Shown here in pieces: positions 58,975 through 64,000 of a DNA stretch of 64,000 nucleotides. Every line of letters begins with the position of its first letter. Position 1 is the stretch's first letter. The DNA is from Myxococcales bacterium. Lineage in GTDB: Bacteria; Myxococcota_A; UBA9042. The position numbers and the translations under genes are program-made. The notes under the pieces were generated by a model. The model saw only the letters and a program-made list of their open reading frames with translations. It searched no databases and had not been told where the DNA came from. Location of the stretch: contig PBTG01000079.1 in NCBI GenBank assembly GCA_002726535.1, positions 9,615-73,614 of the forward strand. Reading direction: 5' to 3'.

Positions 58975-59328
58975 ATGGCCAACATCTCAATAACTGGGAA
59001 CATCGGTCGCGATCCTGAACTGCGTCAAGCAGGCACTAGCCAGGTCCTCAAATTCTCTGTCGCCGACTCCGAGTACATCTACAGCAAGGGGGAGGACGCT
59101 CCAGGCCAATGGTATTCGGCAGAGGTCTGGGGAAAACAGGCCGAGCGCCTCGCCGGAATGCTTGCCAAAGGAACCAAGGTCACTGTCTACGGGCAGCTCG
59201 TTCAGCGCCCCTACACCAGCAAGGCAGGGAAAGAAGGCATCTCGATGGACATCAAAGACGGGCGCGTTTCGATCGTGAGCCCCAAGGGCTCACCCGCGGC
59301 TTCTTTTTCTGACTCTGCCCCCTTCTGA
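58975..59328 (+). CDS. ssb: Single-stranded DNA-binding protein
   Basis: ISITGNIGRDPELRQAGTSQVLKFSVA....W....VWGKQAERLAGMLAKGTKVTVYGQL is the SSB OB-fold pattern (cf. L.GNLGRDPE.R...G..V..FS.A......W..V..FGKLAE.....L.KGS.V.V.G.L). Confidence 0.7.
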   Translation: MANISITGNIGRDPELRQAGTSQVLKFSVADSEYIYSKGEDAPGQWYSAEVWGKQAERLAGMLAKGTKVTVYGQLVQRPYTSKAGKEGISMDIKDGRVSIVSPKGSPAASFSDSAPF

Positions 59329-59355
59329 TCTGCCTGCCCTGTCTGCATTCGAACC

Positions 59356-59787
59356 ATGACTATCGAGCTGATCGATGAGAGCGACGACCTCAACGCCATT
59401 GGCGGAATGATTGGCTCTCTCACGTTGTTCGAAGTCACGCCCCGGATCAATGCGGCCAGGGTTCGCCCTTTCGTTTGGTCCGTTCTGCTCCTCCGCAGCG
59501 CCGTTCGCATTGAGGAAATTGTTTCCTCGATCTCCCCTCATGCTCACCCTGACGACCTGCGGAGCTGGGAGCAGGAAGAGGCGACGCTGAACCACACAGT
59601 CAGGGCAACGCTTGACGAGATGGTTCAGCAAAACATTTTAAGAGTCGGCCGAGAAGGGCTTTACGTCCTGAGCAACACGCCGGAAGCCTCGCGCAGGGCG
59701 ATCTCTGTGACGTCAACCGTTAATGGTCAGCTCCCTGATCACATGCTGGCCGAGATGGGCCGCACTCACTTCGAATTGAACTCATGA
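59356..59787 (+). CDS. Hypothetical protein
   Basis: ORF track. TTCGAACC 8 nt upstream of the ATG. Confidence 0.35.
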   Translation: MTIELIDESDDLNAIGGMIGSLTLFEVTPRINAARVRPFVWSVLLLRSAVRIEEIVSSISPHAHPDDLRSWEQEEATLNHTVRATLDEMVQQNILRVGREGLYVLSNTPEASRRAISVTSTVNGQLPDHMLAEMGRTHFELNS

Positions 59788-60347
59788 CTTACGACCACAT
59801 CAACCCGAATCACTACAAAGGCGGGCGGCGTTTCGAGCCGATCGACGTGATCGAGGACTGGGGTCTCAACTACCACCTGGGGAATGCCTTGAAATACATC
59901 TCGAGGAACGGCAGGAAGCCCGGCGAGGACCCGCGAGAGGGATTGAGCAAAGCAATTTGGTATCTCGAGCGCCTGCAGGATCAACTCGACTGCTGCGACT
60001 GCAACCCCTGCGAGGAGTCGTGCCCGTGCGATCCCTGCGACGAGTGCCCGTCATCTACTCAGGAAGAGGCCGAGTTCAAGGCCCTGGGCGATATCCCTAA
60101 TTCAGTTTTATTTGGGGCTGACGATGACATTCTTACCTCGACAATTCCCCAAAAAAACTGGGGGAAGGATTTATCTAAATTCTCCGACGATTCCGAAATT
60201 ATTTATCAGTCCTATGAGGGCGGCTATGTGTTTGGCCATTTAAAAAATGGAGACGTTCGGATCGTGGGAAAGCGTGGCGCACCCGTCACGACGTTTGACG
60301 GGGACAATGCTCCATCAGAGCATGAACCACTGCTGCATGATTGTTGA
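59784..60347 (+). CDS. DUF3310-family phage protein with C-terminal Cys-rich segment
   Basis: HYKGGRRFEPIDVIEDWGLNYHLGNALKYISRNGRKPGEDPREGLSKAIWYL matches the DUF3310 pattern (HY....IE.IDVI......F..GN..KYI.R...K.....DL.KA..YL). It is followed by CCDCNPCEESCPCDPCDECP. Confidence 0.6.
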   Translation: MTYDHINPNHYKGGRRFEPIDVIEDWGLNYHLGNALKYISRNGRKPGEDPREGLSKAIWYLERLQDQLDCCDCNPCEESCPCDPCDECPSSTQEEAEFKALGDIPNSVLFGADDDILTSTIPQKNWGKDLSKFSDDSEIIYQSYEGGYVFGHLKNGDVRIVGKRGAPVTTFDGDNAPSEHEPLLHDC

Positions 60348-60398
60348 TTGTGGTTAGAATGAGAACCGGAACCCTCGGCCGCAACGCCGGGGTTTTTC

Positions 60399-60779
60399 AT
60401 GCGCGAGATCAGATTCAGGCTGGATCTTCCGTTGATGTCAAAAGCCCGCCCAAGGTTCGGCAAGGGGCGCAGCTACTTGCCGGCCCCGTATCGGGAATGG
60501 AAGGACAAGGCACGCCGTCTGTTGAGATATTTCTGGGAAACAAACGAGCTCGAGACCTTGACTCAGTTCGAGCTCCATGTCGAGGCCCATGGCCCTGGGC
60601 GCTGCGATCCCGATAACCTAATCGGCAGTCTCTTGGACGCGGGCATACCACACAAGCAGACTGCTTGGTCCGGAGCTTGGAAGGACGACCGAGTGACGGT
60701 CGTCCCGTACATCTCCTTTAGATGGGTCAGAGATAAAAAACAATTCTGGGATATTTGCATCCAGATCAAAGAAGAATAA
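60399..60779 (+). CDS. rusA: RusA-family Holliday junction resolvase
   Basis: Size (126 aa), an N-terminal RPRF.KGRSY segment and CDPDNLIGSLLDAGIP...AW.KDDRVT fit the RusA endodeoxyribonuclease pattern (D.DN..K...D.L......DD..V). Confidence 0.55.
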   Translation: MREIRFRLDLPLMSKARPRFGKGRSYLPAPYREWKDKARRLLRYFWETNELETLTQFELHVEAHGPGRCDPDNLIGSLLDAGIPHKQTAWSGAWKDDRVTVVPYISFRWVRDKKQFWDICIQIKEE

Positions 60780-60822
60780 ACAGCATGGGGTAGACTCCTC
60801 AAAGTCCGTCAAACTCCCCCGC

Positions 60823-61770
60823 ATGATCGAAACAGCAAGCGGAACAGAGATCAGGTTCAATCAGCCTGACTCCGCCTATCGAAAGGCTGAGGGCATTAGC
60901 CAGTCAGAGCTCAAGGAGGTCCTGAGATCACCTGCTCACTGGGCCGCCCGCTACGGCCCCGATGCTTCGCCTACATTCCCGTCGATCGCCATGATTATCG
61001 GGATTGCCCTGCATTGTAAACTCCTCGAGCCTGAGATCTTCGACTCTCAGTTTGTCGATCGAAGTTCTTTGGATAAAGAGCTCAATGTCGCAGAGTTGAA
61101 GGCGGCCCTGGATGACGAAGGCATCGAGTACAAAAAGAGCTCCAAAAAGCCAGAGCTCGAAGCCCTGCTCTACCCAGAGGGCAAGCCCATCGACAAGCGC
61201 ACGAGCCTCAGTGGTGACGATTTCGCAATCGTCCAGGGCATGGCAGAAGCCACCCGCGCCCATCCCATCGCCGGCAACTGGTTTGACCCAGGCCGTAAAA
61301 ATTTTCGCAGAGGGAATGAGCTCTCGATGTATGTCGAGCCATCGGCTGACACCTATGGCCTACCAATCAAGGGCCGCCTCGATCGCCTGGAGAAGACGGC
61401 CGACGGTTGGATGATCTTGGATCTAAAAACGACCGACGACGCCAGCCCCAGCGTTTTTCAGAAGAAGTCCTTCTCTATGGGCTACCACATACAGGCTGCG
61501 TTCTATACGGACCTGGTCAAGAAGGTTCTCGACGCCGACAACGTTGAATTTATTTTTTGTGCCATGGAGCGCCGCAGGCCTCACGGCATCGCGCTTTACA
61601 AAGCCAGCGAGGACATGATCGAAATCGGTCGGACTCAATATAAAAAAGCTCTAAAAGAACTGGCTTTTTGCAAGTCCAGGGACTTGTTCCCCGGCTACGA
61701 TTCGAATATCATCGACCTGTCTCTTCCCGGCTGGGCTAGCAATCTTGCGCATGAATCGCCGCTCTTTTAA
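60823..61770 (+). CDS. PD-(D/E)XK-superfamily exonuclease (RecE/YqaJ-like recombination nuclease)
   Basis: GRLDRLEKTADGWMILDLKTT...YHIQAAFY carries the D..(x)n..D/E-L-K motif of PD-(D/E)XK nucleases. Lies downstream of RecT, SSB and RusA. Confidence 0.55.
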   Translation: MIETASGTEIRFNQPDSAYRKAEGISQSELKEVLRSPAHWAARYGPDASPTFPSIAMIIGIALHCKLLEPEIFDSQFVDRSSLDKELNVAELKAALDDEGIEYKKSSKKPELEALLYPEGKPIDKRTSLSGDDFAIVQGMAEATRAHPIAGNWFDPGRKNFRRGNELSMYVEPSADTYGLPIKGRLDRLEKTADGWMILDLKTTDDASPSVFQKKSFSMGYHIQAAFYTDLVKKVLDADNVEFIFCAMERRRPHGIALYKASEDMIEIGRTQYKKALKELAFCKSRDLFPGYDSNIIDLSLPGWASNLAHESPLF

Positions 61771-62303
61771 TGCCCACTAGCGCTGCTGAGAGAATGGCCA
61801 AAACCCGAGCTCGGCGTCGAGGCGAGCTCGAGGCGGTTCGGAAATGCACTGTTTGCGGAAAAGTCCTGAAGCCCACCTCTATAGGAAGGGCGTACGAGCA
61901 AGGCCTCTGTTTCCAACACTGGGCAGAGACTGAGGAGGGTAAAAATTATTTAAAGCAACGCCGCAGTCAGCGGAGATTGGCAAAAACAGGGCCTCAGCCG
62001 TTTCGATATTTTGGATGTCCTCATGGCGAAGAAGGATGGCCCGAGGGTCCGTTCAACCGGATGCGCCTCGCCGTATCCAGTACATACGCAGGCAAGGGCA
62101 AGGCCCGCGGGACTTTGTTTATAGTTTGGTCAGATGACACTGTCACTGCTCACCATGGGATCAGGCAGTCGGATGTAGGGACGATCGAAAGGCGTGCCGG
62201 CGACGAGGTGGATCGTTCAGACCTTGCTTATTTGGCTAGATCCAGCGAGGCATTAACCGAACGGGTCAGGCATTACGGTCACACTGATGTCTATCTGGTT
62301 TGA
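61770..62303 (+). CDS. Hypothetical Cys/His-containing protein
   Basis: CTVCGKVLKP..CFQHW. ATGA overlap with the upstream gene. Confidence 0.35.
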   Translation: MPTSAAERMAKTRARRRGELEAVRKCTVCGKVLKPTSIGRAYEQGLCFQHWAETEEGKNYLKQRRSQRRLAKTGPQPFRYFGCPHGEEGWPEGPFNRMRLAVSSTYAGKGKARGTLFIVWSDDTVTAHHGIRQSDVGTIERRAGDEVDRSDLAYLARSSEALTERVRHYGHTDVYLV

Positions 62304-62371
62304 GTTCGAACAACTTAGGTAGACTGGGCAATAAGCGCTAAATTTACTCAAAAAATTTAATCACCATTCTA

Positions 62372-63004
62372 ATGCACACAGCCCGCCTGGTCTCAGTCAC
62401 TCCTGACGCTGAGAAGCTCATCGCCTACTGCGCCCGAGTCTCCTCCAAAAATCAGGAGAACGAATCGATTGCCGGCCTGCTGCGCTTTTGTATGCGCGAG
62501 GGCCACTTCTCGATCTTCGAGCAGGCCCACATGACCGTCGAGGTCCTGACCACGCCCGAGATCTCGAGGCAGCTCCTCCGGCACCATGACATGCGGTTTC
62601 AGGAGTTTTCCCAGCGCTACCAGGACACCACTGAGCTCGGAAGCTGGGTGATCCCAAACCTTCGCCGGCAGGACCCGAAGAACCGGCAGTCGAGCCACGA
62701 CACCCTCGACCCTGAGTTCAAAGACCTATTGGAGAAGAAGATCGACACCCTGTTCGCGCAGACTTTCGATCTCTACGAGTACATGCTTAGCCAGGGCGTG
62801 GCCAAGGAAACGGCACGGTCGATCCTCCCCATAGGTGGGACACGAACCAAGATTTACGCCACGACCAGCCTCAGGACCTGGATTTTTTACCTGAAGAACA
62901 GGACCGACAAGGCAACGCAGCTCGAGCATCGCCTGGTCGCCGAGTCGATTAAGGGAATCTTCGAGGAACAGTTCCCCGTCATCTATGAAGCTGCGTTCAC
63001 CTGA
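62372..63004 (+). CDS. thyX: Flavin-dependent thymidylate synthase ThyX
   Basis: N-terminal ARLVSVTPDAEKLIAYCARVSSKN together with LRHHDMRFQEFSQRY (ThyX RHR-x7-S motif with RHH variant). Length 210 aa. Confidence 0.8.
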   Translation: MHTARLVSVTPDAEKLIAYCARVSSKNQENESIAGLLRFCMREGHFSIFEQAHMTVEVLTTPEISRQLLRHHDMRFQEFSQRYQDTTELGSWVIPNLRRQDPKNRQSSHDTLDPEFKDLLEKKIDTLFAQTFDLYEYMLSQGVAKETARSILPIGGTRTKIYATTSLRTWIFYLKNRTDKATQLEHRLVAESIKGIFEEQFPVIYEAAFT

Positions 63005-63018
63005 TCACGATTCTTATC

Positions 63019-63228
63019 ATGACTAGCGACCCACTCACGAGCCTGCCCATTCGGGTGATCGAGCACGAAAACAGCGATGAGATCACGATCGAGTGGGATG
63101 AAACCCATCCGCTTTCGGCCGAGCTCCGCCTAGACGAATGGACCTCTGATGAATGGCTGAAAGCCCTGGGGGGTGCTTTAGAGGAGGCGATTCGATTGGC
63201 CGACGAAGCAGAATCAAATGGGGATTAG
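63019..63228 (+). CDS. Hypothetical small acidic protein
   Basis: ORF track. Confidence 0.3.
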   Translation: MTSDPLTSLPIRVIEHENSDEITIEWDETHPLSAELRLDEWTSDEWLKALGGALEEAIRLADEAESNGD

Positions 63229-63439
63229 GCGAGGCCAGGACTGGTCGGCGCTGCTTCAGGCTGCAGAGCTGGAGGCTCCGGGCTATGACGAAGCCGTCGC
63301 CAATACGAATGAGCTAGTGGCCAATAAACAACTGATCGAGCGAAACATCCAAGACGCCAAGTCGAAAGGAGGGCGGAAAAGGTAGAGGTTGCGCTCCTGA
63401 GCGTCGTGGGGTACGATTAATTCGACGGCAGGAAACCCG

Positions 63440-63748
63440 ATGATCACCACCACCAACGTCCAGGCCAACATCGCTGACTTCGTCGAGCGACTGAACGACA
63501 AGTTTCCCGAGCGCCGCTACGGCGTGATGGTTGGCAAAAAGAATGCCCGCATCTTCTGGCAGAACGTCTACAACGGCCAGGTTCGCGAGGGAGCGTCGGC
63601 CTTCTGTTTCGTCCGGCTGGAGGATGGCGCCATCCTTAAGTGTGATAGCTGGAAGGCCCCTGCTAAGGGCGTCCGCGCCTGGCTCGATCAGGTATTGGCC
63701 AACGACCTGCAGGAGGTCGACCAGTACACCGGCTGGCTCTACCGCTGA
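63440..63748 (+). CDS. Hypothetical protein
   Basis: ORF track. Confidence 0.35.
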   Translation: MITTTNVQANIADFVERLNDKFPERRYGVMVGKKNARIFWQNVYNGQVREGASAFCFVRLEDGAILKCDSWKAPAKGVRAWLDQVLANDLQEVDQYTGWLYR

Positions 63749-63803
63749 CCGGCCGGCCTGTCATCCTTCTAACCAACACTGACCTTTGTCGCAAGAAACG
63801 TCC

Positions 63804-64000
63804 ATGGCAAACGCAACTTTTGAGATCGGAACTGAATACGTCATGCTTTGGCCTGGCAATGCCGACGCCCGTACCGCCTGCAAGGTTCTAAAGCGAACAG
63901 CTAAATTCGTAGTCCTGAATATTGATGGATTCGGCCTCAAGCGTTGCACCGTTAGGGCTGCAGCGGATGGCGAATACGCCACCCCTCTTGGCACTGCTTA
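63804..64000 (+). CDS. Hypothetical protein, 3'-truncated at window end
   Basis: ATG at 63804. The frame stays open to the end of the window. Confidence 0.25.
   Translation, partial: MANATFEIGTEYVMLWPGNADARTACKVLKRTAKFVVLNIDGFGLKRCTVRAAADGEYATPLGTA

Overview
The window reads as one continuous, gene-dense, mostly plus-strand genome of a temperate tailed phage with a long non-contractile tail (siphovirus-like). GC is high (roughly 55-60%, judged by eye, not computed). I see no host genes, no CRISPR array, no complete tRNA and no rRNA.

From left to right:
1. Tail-fibre genes (1-9570). Several share an N-terminal anchor motif. Two large paralogous fibres (3693-6617, 6700-9570) share a 5' UTR, N-terminus and C-terminus but differ in the middle. 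A Tfa-like fibre assembly chaperone follows (9573-9854).
2. A 1734-aa polyvalent virion protein (9922-15126). It joins a MuF/SPP1-gp7-type head-morphogenesis domain to two tandem zeta-toxin-like P-loop kinase domains and two tandem ParB-like nuclease domains.
3. About fifteen small, tightly coupled genes of unknown function, interrupted by an HNH endonuclease on the opposite strand.
4. The tail module: putative major tail protein, a 1410-aa tape-measure protein and tail-tip proteins.
5. A 507-aa protein with about 63 cysteines (32135-33658).
6. A 1248-aa fibre (33695-37441) with a LamG-like domain and an embedded cupredoxin-type (type-1 copper) domain. A further fibre (37472-38635) shares a ~105-aa module with it.
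7. Scaffold-like and candidate major-capsid genes (39519-41417).
8. An early region (42.1-50.0 kb). Six near-identical sigma70-like promoters carry a GGGGCA-N3-TGCCCC palindrome in the spacer. Each promoter starts at the TGA stop of the gene before it.
9. A minus-strand lysis-like cassette (43393-44900), then an integration module (44939-47000) with a partial tRNA 3' end (attP-like), a terminator, a tyrosine integrase and an excisionase-like gene. The att site is internal to phage DNA, so this looks like a non-integrated genome form.
10. Replication, recombination and nucleotide-metabolism genes. These are dCTP deaminase, DnaG-like primase, DnaB-family helicase, RecT, a phage sigma factor, SSB, a DUF3310 protein, RusA, a PD-(D/E)XK exonuclease and ThyX. 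The region also holds an iteron cluster (three 14-bp repeats at 21-bp spacing; candidate origin) and an unlisted 53-aa HTH gene.

Two sequence motifs recur. cGGAACCcTAG sits in front of at least 11 structural genes and resembles an ECF-sigma -35 element; it may be read by the encoded sigma factor. A palindromic GTTCGAAC sits in many intergenic regions of the early/replication part.

The most unusual candidates are the cupredoxin-like domain inside a tail fibre, the cysteine-rich structural-module protein, and the MuF-zeta-ParB polyvalent protein with internal tandem duplications. Every functional call is by motif recognition by eye. No database search or computation was run.
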